This document shows, in pieces, positions 30,249 through 39,981 of a stretch of 64,000 nucleotides of DNA (positions within the stretch are counted from its first letter, which is position 1; every line of letters begins with the position of its first letter). Where the stretch lies: NCBI GenBank assembly GCA_963816145.1, contig CAWFJP010000002.1, positions 192,001 to 256,000 of the forward strand, in the 5' to 3' direction. The DNA comes from an uncultured delta proteobacterium (GTDB taxonomy: Bacteria > Desulfobacterota > Binatia > UBA9968). The notes beneath the pieces were generated by a model. That model worked only from the letters and a program-made list of their open reading frames with translations. It was not told the DNA's origin and did not search any database. A program made the translations under genes and the position numbers.

Positions 30249-30428
30249 GATGGTTGCAGACTTGGAGAAAGAGTTGATTGCAAAACGCTGGTCGGCATAC
30301 TATATCAACAACGGCTTTTTGCAAGAATAATTGGCGCTTTCGCCGATCTCGGTCATAAGCTTGCAATCGGCCAATCCGGAAAATACTGAGTGGTTCTTGG
30401 GAACTGAGCAGCGAGGACTTGGGCGGCC

Positions 30429-30887
30429 GTGGATTGTTATCTGATGCGCCATGGGGAGGCGGTTTCAGGGGTGCCTGACTGGCAACGGCCGCTGTCGGAC
30501 AGAGGGCGCGCCCAAGTCCGTGCGGTGGCGGGACGCGCGCGCAGCCGCGGCGTCTCGGTCACTTGGGTCTACCATTCCGGGATCTTGCGAGCGCAACAGA
30601 CCGCTGAGCTGGTCACGGCGGTGCTGGCTCCCGAACAGGGCGTCCAGGAAATCAGCGGACTATGCCCGGACGACGACCCTGTGATCGTCAAGGCCCAGGT
30701 CGACGACGTTGCTCGATCGGTGCTGCTGGTCAGTCATTTGCCTTATCTCGGCCGACTCGCCGGTTTGATGACGACCGGCAACGCCGAGCATTCGGGTATC
30801 GAGTTCGCGCCGGCGACACTGGTTTGCCTGACCCGGCATGCCAATGGGTGGAAGTTCGACTGGTCGTTATCTGCGGCGTCGCCGTGA
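30429..30887 (+). CDS. sixA: Phosphohistidine phosphatase SixA
   Basis: MRHGEA, RPLS..G, RAQQTA and SHLP motifs. Confidence 0.85.
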   Translation: MDCYLMRHGEAVSGVPDWQRPLSDRGRAQVRAVAGRARSRGVSVTWVYHSGILRAQQTAELVTAVLAPEQGVQEISGLCPDDDPVIVKAQVDDVARSVLLVSHLPYLGRLAGLMTTGNAEHSGIEFAPATLVCLTRHANGWKFDWSLSAASP

Positions 30888-30959
30888 CCCGGTTGACCGG
30901 CGCATGGCGATGGTCTAATAAATAAAAAAGGTGAACGAGCTCGTGGTGGTGAAAGGTAA

Positions 30960-32252
30960 ATGCCAATGGCTTCAGAGACTTTAACGATTATCGACAACCG
31001 AACCGGAAAACAGTACGAGATTCCGATCAAACACGGCGCCATCAAGGCGACGGATTTGTTCCAGATAAAAATCTCTGAAGACGATGGGATCGTCAGTTAC
31101 GATCCGGGTTTCATGAACACGGCGTCTTGCCAAAGCAAGATTACTTATATCGACGGCGACAAAGGCATCCTGCGCTACCGCGGCTATCCGATCGAGCAAA
31201 TCGCCGAGAAGAGCACGTTCCTGGAAACCGCCTATCTGATTCTCAACGGCGAACTGCCGACCCAGGCGCAATTGGACGACTTCTCGCACCACGTTACATA
31301 TCACTCGATCATTCACGAAAACATCAAAAAGCTCATAGACGGCTTCCATCACGACGCCCATCCGATGGGCATGCTGGTCAGCACCGTGGGAGCCTTGTCG
31401 ACGTTTTACCCCAGCGCGAAAAAGATCTTCGACGCGCAGAACCGGCGCGAGCAGACCTATCGATTAGTCGGCAAGATGCCGACTTTGGCGGCGTTCGCCT
31501 ATCGCCATAGCCTAGGATTGCCCTTTTCTTATCCCGACAATGACTTGAGCTACACCGGAAATTTCTTGAACATGTTGTTCAAGATGACCGAGCTCAAGTA
31601 CAAGCCCAATCCGGTGCTGGAACGTGCTTTCGACATCCTTTTCATCTTGCACGCCGATCATGAACAGAACTGCAGCACCAACGCCATGCGCGGCATTGGC
31701 AGCTCGCAGGTGGACCCTTATTCATCGGTAGCCGGGGCGGCGGCGGCGCTCTATGGGCCGCTCCACGGCGGCGCCAACGAAGCGGTGTTGCGCATGTTGA
31801 TGGAAATTGGCTCCAAGAACAAAGTTCCCGAGTTTATAGAAAAGGTTAAAGGCGGCTCGGGACGCTTGATGGGCTTCGGCCATCGAGTTTACAAGAACTA
31901 CGATCCACGCGCGCGCATCATCAAAAACATCGCCGACCAGGTATTCGACGTGATGGGCAAAAATCCGCTGCTCGAAATCGCCCTGGAGCTGGAACGGATC
32001 GCGCTGAGCGACGATTACTTCATCAAACGCAAGCTCTATCCTAACGTCGATTTCTATTCGGGTTTGATTTATCAGTCGATGGGCTTGCCAATGGATATGT
32101 TCCCTGTGCTATTCGCGATTCCGAGAACTGTTGGCTGGATCGCCCAATGGGAAGAAATGCTTACCGATCCGGATCAAAAACTGGCTCGGCCCAAGCAGGT
32201 TTACCTAGGTGCGCCGACGCGCGACTTCGTTGAAATGTCTAAACGCAAATAG
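30960..32252 (+). CDS. gltA: Citrate synthase
   Basis: DHEQNCST, GPLHGGANE, GFGHRVYKNYDPR and YPNVDFYSG. Confidence 0.97.
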   Translation: MPMASETLTIIDNRTGKQYEIPIKHGAIKATDLFQIKISEDDGIVSYDPGFMNTASCQSKITYIDGDKGILRYRGYPIEQIAEKSTFLETAYLILNGELPTQAQLDDFSHHVTYHSIIHENIKKLIDGFHHDAHPMGMLVSTVGALSTFYPSAKKIFDAQNRREQTYRLVGKMPTLAAFAYRHSLGLPFSYPDNDLSYTGNFLNMLFKMTELKYKPNPVLERAFDILFILHADHEQNCSTNAMRGIGSSQVDPYSSVAGAAAALYGPLHGGANEAVLRMLMEIGSKNKVPEFIEKVKGGSGRLMGFGHRVYKNYDPRARIIKNIADQVFDVMGKNPLLEIALELERIALSDDYFIKRKLYPNVDFYSGLIYQSMGLPMDMFPVLFAIPRTVGWIAQWEEMLTDPDQKLARPKQVYLGAPTRDFVEMSKRK

Positions 32253-32255
32253 CGT

Positions 32256-33641
32256 TTAGCGCAGAGACCCGCGAATTCCGTCAAGAATAACCCGAAGCTT
32301 CTGACCGATTTGCAAACGCGCTGTGGTTAAGCCGTTTAGCTCCATGAGCGAGCTGACGGCTTGGCCGTATCGTGCGGCAATCGACGCGAGCGTGTCGCCG
32401 CGCTTGACCTCGTGAGTAACCACCTGCACTGGTTCAGTTTCCTTGCTGCGTTGGTATTCGCCGGCTTTGGCGAACACCAGGCCTTTGCCGACCGGTACCC
32501 GTAAGCGATACCCGCGCGATCCTGGCGGCGTAACACTGCGGAGCAGCGCCGGATTGAGTTCTTTGATCATCGCGCGATCGGCCTCGGCCATCTCTGCGGC
32601 GGCATCGAACTTGAGCAAGCCTTCCGCCTCCACTTCGTCAAATTCCAGCGGTTCCTCGTAGCGCAAATTATTAAAACCATATTTTTTCGGATTGGTGGCG
32701 ATCAACGCGACGGCGACGAACTTGGGCACGAAGTTGCGCGTTTCTTGGCTGAGCTGGGCTTTTTCTTTGATGCCCCAAAAATCCGACGCGCGGCTGGTCT
32801 GCAGCGCTTTGTCGATGATCGCCGGCCCGGCGTTGTATGCCGCGGTTACGAGGTACCACCGGCCATAGTAGCGATGGAGATCTTTCAAATATGCAGCGGC
32901 GGCCTTGGTCGATTTCACCGGATCGCGCCGTTCGTCGACCCAGTCGTCGATACGCAGGCCGTATTGGCGCGCCGTGCTTGGGACGAATTGCCAAAGCCCT
33001 GCGGCACCCGCTTGAGATGCCGTATCCACCTGGAACTCGCTTTCGAGCAGGGCAAGGTAGGCCAACTCTTCAGGAAGCCCTTCTTCGCTCAAGACTTTGG
33101 CAATGATCGGCATGTACTTGCCGGAACGTGCTAGTAACGTTTCGAAATAACTCTTGTTGCTCACTGAATATTGGCTGATGAACTGGCGCACGCGCGGGTG
33201 TTCGACGACATCTTTGGAAAATTGTAAACGGCGGCGCTCTCTGGGCTGTTCGACCGCCTTGTCGATATCTTTCTCTAACAGTTCTATTAGCCGGTTGTCG
33301 CTCGGCGGCGGTGGGGCTACGCTTGGGGTGGCTCGTGCGATCGATGTCGCGGGTTTGTCGCGGCTATCGGCGCGATCACTCTTGGCTACGAAGGGCGCGG
33401 GTTGCGGCTTCGGCATGGGCGGTAACTCAACGGTTTCAACAGCTTTCGGAGTCTCACTGATCGTCGGCGGCTGCGGTGTAGTCGTAATCGATGTTGGCTT
33501 GGCAGTTAACGGAAGGACGCGGGCGATGGGCGCAGGTGCTGAAGAAGCAGCCGCACTGTAGTATCGGCGATCTGTGCTGGCGCAACCGGAGATTCCAACA
33601 ATTGCCAACAGCAGATAATAGACGATTCTGCTCGACCGCAT
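32256..33641 (-). CDS. mltD: Lytic transglycosylase with LysM domain (MltD-like lipoprotein)
   Basis: Lipobox ISGC, ES catalytic motif, GLWQF, AAYNAG and a C-terminal LysM (VKRGDTLASIA). Confidence 0.88.
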   Translation of the reverse strand: MRSSRIVYYLLLAIVGISGCASTDRRYYSAAASSAPAPIARVLPLTAKPTSITTTPQPPTISETPKAVETVELPPMPKPQPAPFVAKSDRADSRDKPATSIARATPSVAPPPPSDNRLIELLEKDIDKAVEQPRERRRLQFSKDVVEHPRVRQFISQYSVSNKSYFETLLARSGKYMPIIAKVLSEEGLPEELAYLALLESEFQVDTASQAGAAGLWQFVPSTARQYGLRIDDWVDERRDPVKSTKAAAAYLKDLHRYYGRWYLVTAAYNAGPAIIDKALQTSRASDFWGIKEKAQLSQETRNFVPKFVAVALIATNPKKYGFNNLRYEEPLEFDEVEAEGLLKFDAAAEMAEADRAMIKELNPALLRSVTPPGSRGYRLRVPVGKGLVFAKAGEYQRSKETEPVQVVTHEVKRGDTLASIAARYGQAVSSLMELNGLTTARLQIGQKLRVILDGIRGSLR

Positions 33642-34293
33642 AGGCAAACCTTAAAACCTTCGGCACCTTACCGAAATTAGCCGTCGGGCACAACCCTTAG
33701 GTGAAAAAAATTTGCGTGATTTTTATAAGGCGCACGGCTTGTTATGGTGTGTCTAAGCAGGACTCGGTGCCACTTGGCAAAATATAAAATAATTCGGCTA
33801 TGAGAATAAAATTTCTCGAAGAAAACTACGACCAAATTCGGGTGACAATTCCGCTCATGAGCCAATAGATTACCGATCGTTTTGAAAAAATCCCGCGAGT
33901 GGTCTGAGTCGCATTTGACGGTGATTCGACGGGTAGTTCGCGCGCAGAACTTTTTCTCGGTGTGAAATATGGAACGCGCAATTGTTTTCGAAGCAACCGG
34001 CGGTTGGCCCGCGGTCTTGTCTCCCGAGAACCCAATGAGCAGATGACTCCGCAGTGAATCGCAAATAGTGCGTGTAGCCCGCGACGGTTCGAATGTTGCG
34101 CTACGGTCAACGAGCTGTCGCTTCTTCGATGAATTGGAAAAACTCAGGGCGGGTGTTCATCCCTGCTCAGTATTCGTAAGCGATGCCATTGGTCAGTGTC
34201 GGCCAGAGCGCAGCTCAGTTTTCGTCGTATTCCGTTGCCGCGCGATCATTAGGCGTCTACCGTCCGTTCGACATCTCCAAAACTCTTTATTCA

Positions 34294-34373
34294 CGCGTCG
34301 CTCATGCTTCAAGGAACGGCGACGTCCAGTTTGAACTTGGGTGCGCAACAGGAAATCGCAGATTGGCGACGCG
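34294..34373. ncRNA. Candidate structured ncRNA, copy 1 (strand unresolved)
   Basis: Closing stem CGCGTCGC/GCGACGCG, inner stem and AGGAA/TTCCT motifs conserved in both copies. Confidence 0.45.
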
Positions 34374-34519
34374 CGATGGAACTTATCTTGCGTGAGCGGA
34401 AAATTCGCGGTGATCAGCGGTCAGTCTGGAGGGGTATGGATTGGCCAATTACAGCTTTGATCGGGGCGACACTTTCAAAGAACCGCCCATGGCGGCGTCG
34501 AATTCAAAACTCATTTTCA

Positions 34520-34600
34520 CGCGTCGCTCATGCTTCAAGGAACGCGCGACGTCCATTTTAACTTGGGTGCGCAAAAAGGAAATCACAGGTTGGCGACGCG
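34520..34600. ncRNA. Candidate structured ncRNA, copy 2 (strand unresolved)
   Basis: Same fold as copy 1; differences fall mainly in loops. Confidence 0.45.
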
Positions 34601-34926
34601 CGATTGAAACTAACTTGATTGAGTCGGAAAATTCGCGGTGGTCAGAGCTCAGTACTGAGTGGTATGAATACGCTAGATTCCTAGCGTTACTCAGAACGAC
34701 ACTCTGGATTAAGAACCTCTCCTCCGGACTTCAATTCTACCTACGGATCGTGATAAGCCGTTTAACGAAGGTGACTTGGAAAAGTACCGTCGGCGATGAA
34801 GAAGTATTATCTCAATAAACCCGCGGCATTTAAGTAACTCAGAGGGACGAGTCACCAATTTGATCTTGTGCATACAGAAACCTCGCCCTGGAAAGAGTGC
34901 GCGAACTTAGTTGCAGGAAGAAACAC

Positions 34927-35937
34927 ATGGCAAAGAAAATTCGTGAATTCATGACTCACCGCGAACCGTCGGAGCATATCTGGATGGAGCGCGACGAGAG
35001 CGCGGTGATCGGTACGGCGCGCATGGGCAAGAGAACCGTGCCGCATATCCGGCCGTTCGATCTGGTGCGCAACACGCCGCTTACTGGCAACCGCGCGAGG
35101 GTGACCGTGTTCGAAGGCGACGCACTGCAAGTGACGACCGAGTATGTTGCCGGGTGCGAAACACAGCTCACTCGCGCAGCGGATTACGATATCGTTTATC
35201 TGCAATTTTGCGGTCGCTCGAAGATTGAAAGCGAGAGCGGTGTGATCGAAATGGAGCCGGGCGAGATCGCCTTGGTGCCGTCGGCGATCTCCCACCGCAC
35301 CACGGGCATGGACGATTGTCTGCGGGTGCGGGTGGCGACTCAGGAGGCGGTGAGCGAAGGCGTCGATCCGGAGAAACCGACGACTCAAAATAAGTTCACG
35401 GTAAAGCCCTCCGAGCCCATTGGCGCGGCTAACGGTCATAAGACCGATGGTGCGGCGGAGCGATCGGTGCTGGAGCATATCAGCTTTTGGGATCCACAGT
35501 CGGACCTCTGGGTCGAGCGCGATGTTGCGGCATTGATTGGCTGCAAGCGCGAGGGCGGCCGGCCAGTGCGCAAGCTGAGCGCGTTCAATTATTTCACTGG
35601 CATGACCGGCAAGGGCGGCGCGCGCGCGCCGGTGCTCTACAACGCCAATCAGTTCCGCGTCGACGTTTACAATCTCGAAGAGGAGCAAAACGGTTTTCAT
35701 CGCGGCTGTGACGAGGACGAAATTTGGTTTCAATTCCGCGGCCACTCGCTGAACCACACCGAGTGGGGCGCCATGGAACTCGACGCCGGGCAAATGTCCT
35801 ATATCCCGCGCGGCGTAGCGCACCGCATCACCGGCAGCCCCGGATTCCTGCGCATGGTGCTCTACAGCCGCAAGCTAGTCCATCCCAAGGCGTTCAATAA
35901 CGTCTCGGAGCGCGCGACACGTTTCGATGTGCAGTAG
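34927..35937 (+). CDS. Bicupin protein (HmgA/ring-cleavage dioxygenase-like)
   Basis: Internal duplication; C-terminal cupin FHRGCDEDEIWFQ...IPRGVAHR. Confidence 0.7.
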   Translation: MAKKIREFMTHREPSEHIWMERDESAVIGTARMGKRTVPHIRPFDLVRNTPLTGNRARVTVFEGDALQVTTEYVAGCETQLTRAADYDIVYLQFCGRSKIESESGVIEMEPGEIALVPSAISHRTTGMDDCLRVRVATQEAVSEGVDPEKPTTQNKFTVKPSEPIGAANGHKTDGAAERSVLEHISFWDPQSDLWVERDVAALIGCKREGGRPVRKLSAFNYFTGMTGKGGARAPVLYNANQFRVDVYNLEEEQNGFHRGCDEDEIWFQFRGHSLNHTEWGAMELDAGQMSYIPRGVAHRITGSPGFLRMVLYSRKLVHPKAFNNVSERATRFDVQ

Positions 35938-35982
35938 TTTTTTGGAACGTTGGCTAGCCGGTGTATTCGTCACGAGGACACG

Positions 35983-36030
35983 CCCCCACCTTCATCCTCC
36001 CCCGCAAGCGGGGGAGGAAAGAGGAGGGGG
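35983..36030. repeat. CCCCCACC..TCCTCCCCCGC..GCGGGGGAGG REP-like palindrome
   Basis: GC-rich hairpin in an intergenic gap. Confidence 0.7.
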
Positions 36031-36056
36031 TTAAGCGCAAAGGGCACAATGAAAAA

Positions 36057-37175
36057 ATGATGCGTAAAATTGTCGCACTAATTTGGTTCTGGCTAATCGT
36101 GATCGTCGGCAGTCACAATTATCTACATGCGCAGCAGCCATGGCAGGCGGAGTGGGACAAAACGGTTACGGCGGCGAAGAATGAAGGCAAGGTCGTCATC
36201 GGGCTGCCGCCGAGCGCGGAGCTGCGGCGCGAGCTCGAGCCGGCGTTTAAGGCGCGTTTCGGTTTCGAGATGGAGATTTTTTCCGCCACTGGGCCGCAGA
36301 TCGCCAATCGCGTGGTCACCGAAGGCAAAGCCGGCATGCGCTACTTCGATACATTTATTTTCGGCTCCTGCACCGGGGTGCCGCTGATTAAAAGCGGCTT
36401 GTTCGATCCTGCGGAAAATTCTTTCATTCTTCCCGAGGTCAAGGACGCGAAGAATTGGTGGGGTGGCCATGTTTTTATGGACAACGTCACCAACTCGCGG
36501 CTGTTTTACTCCTTCATTTCAACCAAGAGCACCGAAGGCTTCTGGCATAACACCACGCTGGTGAAAGCGGACGAGCTGCGTTCGCTCGACGATCTGCTCG
36601 ACCCCAAATGGAAAGGCAAAATCGGTCTCAGCGATCCGCGGGTTGCCGGCTCCGGCTTATCGGTTTGGTCTTATCTGTGGGAGAACAAGGGCGAGGAGTA
36701 TTTGAAAAAACTGGTCGCCCAGGACTTGTTCGTCACCCAGAATCTGCGCCAGCTGGCCGAGGCGCTGGCTAAGGGCAAACTGGCGATTACTCTGGGCATC
36801 GGCATGGCGCAGACCGAACCGTTTCTCAAAGCGGGTTTGCCGGTCAAAGACTTGCCCGAGCCGCGCGAAGGCACGCCGTCGAGCAACGGTTACGGTACCC
36901 TCGCAATACTCAAGAATCCGCCCCATCCCAACGCCGCCAAAGTATTCGTCAACTGGCTGCTCGGCAAAGAAGGGCAGGAAATCTACAGCCGGGTGCTGTT
37001 GCACGGCACGCGCCGCCTGGATGTCGAGACCAAGTGGATGGCGAAGCAAGGTGTGGAAGCGTCGAAGGACGTGCTGAGCCCGAAGGAAAACGAAAAACTG
37101 CGCAATTATCTTGAAGACAAGTGTGTCGATATTCGGTTGAAGGCGCAGAAGTTTGCCGAGAAGATCTTGCAGTGA
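36057..37175 (+). CDS. Extracellular solute-binding protein
   Basis: WDKTVTAAKNEG, DLLDPKWKG and PPHPNAAKVFVNWLL motifs. Confidence 0.88.
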   Translation: MMRKIVALIWFWLIVIVGSHNYLHAQQPWQAEWDKTVTAAKNEGKVVIGLPPSAELRRELEPAFKARFGFEMEIFSATGPQIANRVVTEGKAGMRYFDTFIFGSCTGVPLIKSGLFDPAENSFILPEVKDAKNWWGGHVFMDNVTNSRLFYSFISTKSTEGFWHNTTLVKADELRSLDDLLDPKWKGKIGLSDPRVAGSGLSVWSYLWENKGEEYLKKLVAQDLFVTQNLRQLAEALAKGKLAITLGIGMAQTEPFLKAGLPVKDLPEPREGTPSSNGYGTLAILKNPPHPNAAKVFVNWLLGKEGQEIYSRVLLHGTRRLDVETKWMAKQGVEASKDVLSPKENEKLRNYLEDKCVDIRLKAQKFAEKILQ

Positions 37176-37217
37176 AAATTGAGTGTCGCGTGGTTCAGTG
37201 GCTTTGTGATCCTGGTT

Positions 37218-37310
37218 CGTCCTTCCGGCGCAGAGCTTGCCCCGTACTGGATACGGGGCCTGAATCCAGGAGAGAAGAGGGGATGGATACCGGCTTTCGC
37301 CGGTATGACG
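37218..37310. repeat. CGTC..TCCGGCG...CGCCGGTATGACG REP-like element with inner CCCCGTA..TACGGGG hairpin
   Basis: Nested inverted repeats. Confidence 0.65.
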
Positions 37311-37387
37311 ATTCGTGCGATTGAAATCGACGCGACCAAAAGTCAGCTGTTTTCGTCGCATGCAGGTTTATTAGTTGGAGACCCGGA

Positions 37388-38842
37388 ATGGATACACTTC
37401 CTTATCACGATTTTCGCGGCTTCATCGAGGAGGCCAAGAAGGTCAGCGCCTGGCGCTTGATCGAGGGCGCCGATTGGGACAATGAAATTGGCGCGCTGAT
37501 CGAGGCGACCGCTGAGCTCGATGACCGGCCGATGCTCCTGTTCGACAAGATCAAGGATTATCCGGCGGGCTTTCGTCTGGTCAGCCTGGCGTTTGCCAAC
37601 TACAAACGGACCGCGTTGGCTTTCGGAATTTCGCCGGAGAAAACCAAGCTTGAAGTTGTGCGCTTGCTGGCGCGCAAGATGAAGTCCGGCAAGTCGATTC
37701 CTGCCGCCGAGGTCAAAGCTTCACCGCTGATGGAAAACGTCATGCAGGGGCACCAAGTCGATCTGCTGAAATTCCCCGCGCCGCGCTTTCACGACGGCGA
37801 CGGCGGCCGCTACATCGGCACCGGCGATTGTTTGATCAACGCCGATCCGGATAGCGGTTTCATCAATGCCGGCACCTACCGGATTCAGCTGCACGAGAAA
37901 AATCTCCTTGGTCTGTGGATGAGTCCGGGGCAGGACGGCCGGTTGATTTGCGCAAAGTATTGGCAGCAAGGGAAAAGCTGTCCGGTGGTGGCGACGTTTG
38001 GCAGCGATCCCTTATTGTTCACTCTGGCGCATACCAAATTGGCTTATGGTAAATCGGAGCTCGATTATGCCGGCGGTTTGATGGGCCGGCCCCTGGAATT
38101 TATCCGCGGTCCGGTCACCGGTTTGCCTATACCCGCCGGCGCGGAGATCGCCATCGAAGGCGAGATTCCGCCGCCAAGCGAAGAGGCGCGTGCCGAGGGG
38201 CCGTTCGGCGAATGGCCGGGCTATTACTCCGGCGGCACCGTCGGCACCGGCGAGGCGCAGCCGGTGATTCGGGTCAAAGCAATTTATCACCGTAACGATC
38301 CGATTCTTGAGGAGGAGGCGCCGCTGTGGACCGGCGCGATGAAGATCGACGGCAATCCCACCGCCGGCATTCTCTGGGATCAACTGGAAGCCGCCGGTGT
38401 TCAAAACGTCGTCGGCGTTTACAATCATTCGCCGTACATGACCGTGGTGGCCATCGAGCAGAAATTCCCCGGCCACGCTAAGCAGGCGGGCCTCGCGGCG
38501 GTGAGTTGCGCGGCGTCGGCGCGCAACGGCCGCTACGTGGTGGTGGTCGACGAGGACATCGATCCGACCAACATGAAAGAGGTGCTGTGGGCAATGATGA
38601 CGCGGGTCGATCCGCCGACCAACATCGATATCGTCGACGGCGCCTGGTCGACGCCGCTCGATCCGCGTATGCCGCCGGACAAGCGCGATTCGAAGGACCA
38701 TACCAACGGCCGGGCGATCTTTTACGCGGTGCGGCCGTTTCACTGGAAAGATAAATTTCCTAAGGTCAGCCGGTCGAGCCGGCAGTTGCGCGAGCAAGTG
38801 ATCAAAAAATTTCGCGCTGTTATTCCGTTTCCGGGAGCGTAG
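37388..38842 (+). CDS. UbiD-family (prFMN-dependent) decarboxylase
   Basis: DGGRYIGT, GTYR, EGPFGEWPGYY and VVVDEDID motifs. Confidence 0.92.
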   Translation: MDTLPYHDFRGFIEEAKKVSAWRLIEGADWDNEIGALIEATAELDDRPMLLFDKIKDYPAGFRLVSLAFANYKRTALAFGISPEKTKLEVVRLLARKMKSGKSIPAAEVKASPLMENVMQGHQVDLLKFPAPRFHDGDGGRYIGTGDCLINADPDSGFINAGTYRIQLHEKNLLGLWMSPGQDGRLICAKYWQQGKSCPVVATFGSDPLLFTLAHTKLAYGKSELDYAGGLMGRPLEFIRGPVTGLPIPAGAEIAIEGEIPPPSEEARAEGPFGEWPGYYSGGTVGTGEAQPVIRVKAIYHRNDPILEEEAPLWTGAMKIDGNPTAGILWDQLEAAGVQNVVGVYNHSPYMTVVAIEQKFPGHAKQAGLAAVSCAASARNGRYVVVVDEDIDPTNMKEVLWAMMTRVDPPTNIDIVDGAWSTPLDPRMPPDKRDSKDHTNGRAIFYAVRPFHWKDKFPKVSRSSRQLREQVIKKFRAVIPFPGA

Positions 38843-38845
38843 ACC

Positions 38846-39955
38846 GTGACGAATTTTTTCACCAAAGTGTTATCGCTTGTCACAACGATGTCGCTGCTTG
38901 CGACTGCAGTATTCGCCGCCGAGAGACAGAGCGAATGGAATCGAACCCTCGACGCAGCGCGCAAAGAAGGCATTGTCGTCGTCGGCATTCCCGCTAGCAC
39001 CGAATTGCGCATTGCCATCGGCCAGAAGTTCAAAGACAGGTTCGGTATCTCCATTGAACTTTTGGCCGCGCGCGGGCCGGAAAATGTGACTCGTATCATC
39101 ACGGAGTTTAACGCCGGCGTGCGCTATTACGACGTGCTCGTGGCTGGCGGCGCGACGCCGCTGTCGATGATTGCGGTGGGTGCCGCCGACGATTTCAATT
39201 CGTACATGATTTTGCCGGAAGTGAAGGATCCTAAGAACTGGTGGGGCGGTCATATTTGGGAAGATAACCTGAGCACGAAAAAGCATGCTTACGCTTTTCT
39301 CTGTTACACGAGCGAGACCTGGTGGTACAACAGCAGCCAGGCGGAGCCCAGTGAAACCCGCTCTTTCGACGACCTGTTGAATCCCAAATGGAAAGGGCGC
39401 ATCGGTCTGCTCGATCCGCGCAATCCCGGTTCGGGACAGAACACTTGGTCGTTTATCTGGAAAACCAAAGGCGAGGAGTATCTGACTAAGCTCGCGCAAC
39501 AAGATTTGCTGGTTAATCAGAACCTGCGCCAGCTCGCCGACGGCTTGGCGAAGGGCAAACTCGCTTTTACACTTGGCTTGAGCCACTACACCTACGAGCC
39601 ATTTATCAAAGCCGGTCTGCCGGTGAAGCCGGTATCGCGCGTCAGAGAAGGCGCTCACGCCAACAACGGTAGCGGCGTGGTGACCGTGGTAAAAAATCCA
39701 CCCCATCGGAACGCAGCGAAGATCTTCGTCAACTGGCTGCTCAGTAAAGAAGGCCAAGAGCTTTACGGCAAGGCGATGACCCAGGGCACGCGCCGGCTCG
39801 ACGTAAGCACGGCGTGGCTCAAAGAATACGGCAGCGAGGGCTGCAAAGATGTCATGACCGTGGACGATTATCTACGCTTGGAAACCCATCTCGAGTCGTC
39901 GGTGAAGAAAATTCGAATACCGGCAATTGCTTTGGCGACCAAGCTTTTGAAATAA
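38846..39955 (+). CDS. Extracellular solute-binding protein (paralog of 36057)
   Basis: Shares ILPEVKD.KNWWGGH and NAAKIFVNWLL with the 36057 protein. Confidence 0.88.
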   Translation: MTNFFTKVLSLVTTMSLLATAVFAAERQSEWNRTLDAARKEGIVVVGIPASTELRIAIGQKFKDRFGISIELLAARGPENVTRIITEFNAGVRYYDVLVAGGATPLSMIAVGAADDFNSYMILPEVKDPKNWWGGHIWEDNLSTKKHAYAFLCYTSETWWYNSSQAEPSETRSFDDLLNPKWKGRIGLLDPRNPGSGQNTWSFIWKTKGEEYLTKLAQQDLLVNQNLRQLADGLAKGKLAFTLGLSHYTYEPFIKAGLPVKPVSRVREGAHANNGSGVVTVVKNPPHRNAAKIFVNWLLSKEGQELYGKAMTQGTRRLDVSTAWLKEYGSEGCKDVMTVDDYLRLETHLESSVKKIRIPAIALATKLLK

Positions 39956-39981
39956 GTACCGGGAAAGTTGGCAATAAGGTC

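Larger units (their letters stand above)
34278..34735. repeat. Two tandem ~227-bp units each containing a conserved ~80-nt hairpin
   Basis: Unit 1 from 34278, unit 2 from 34505; shared CACGCGTCGCTCATGCTTCAAGGAAC...ACTTGGGTGCGCAA..GGAAATC...TTGGCGACGCGCGAT...CGGAAAATTCGCGGTG. Confidence 0.85.

Noticed and set aside
33650-34270. c-di-AMP or c-di-GMP riboswitch upstream of mltD
   Set aside because: The consensus motifs could not be found by eye on the minus strand.
34278-34735. CRISPR array
   Set aside because: Only two long diverged units with no repeat-spacer pattern and no cas genes.
34852-35823. Long antisense ORFs (also 38870-39757, 10482-11303, 20900-21814)
   Set aside because: Shadow frames of real genes in GC-rich DNA with no recognisable motifs.
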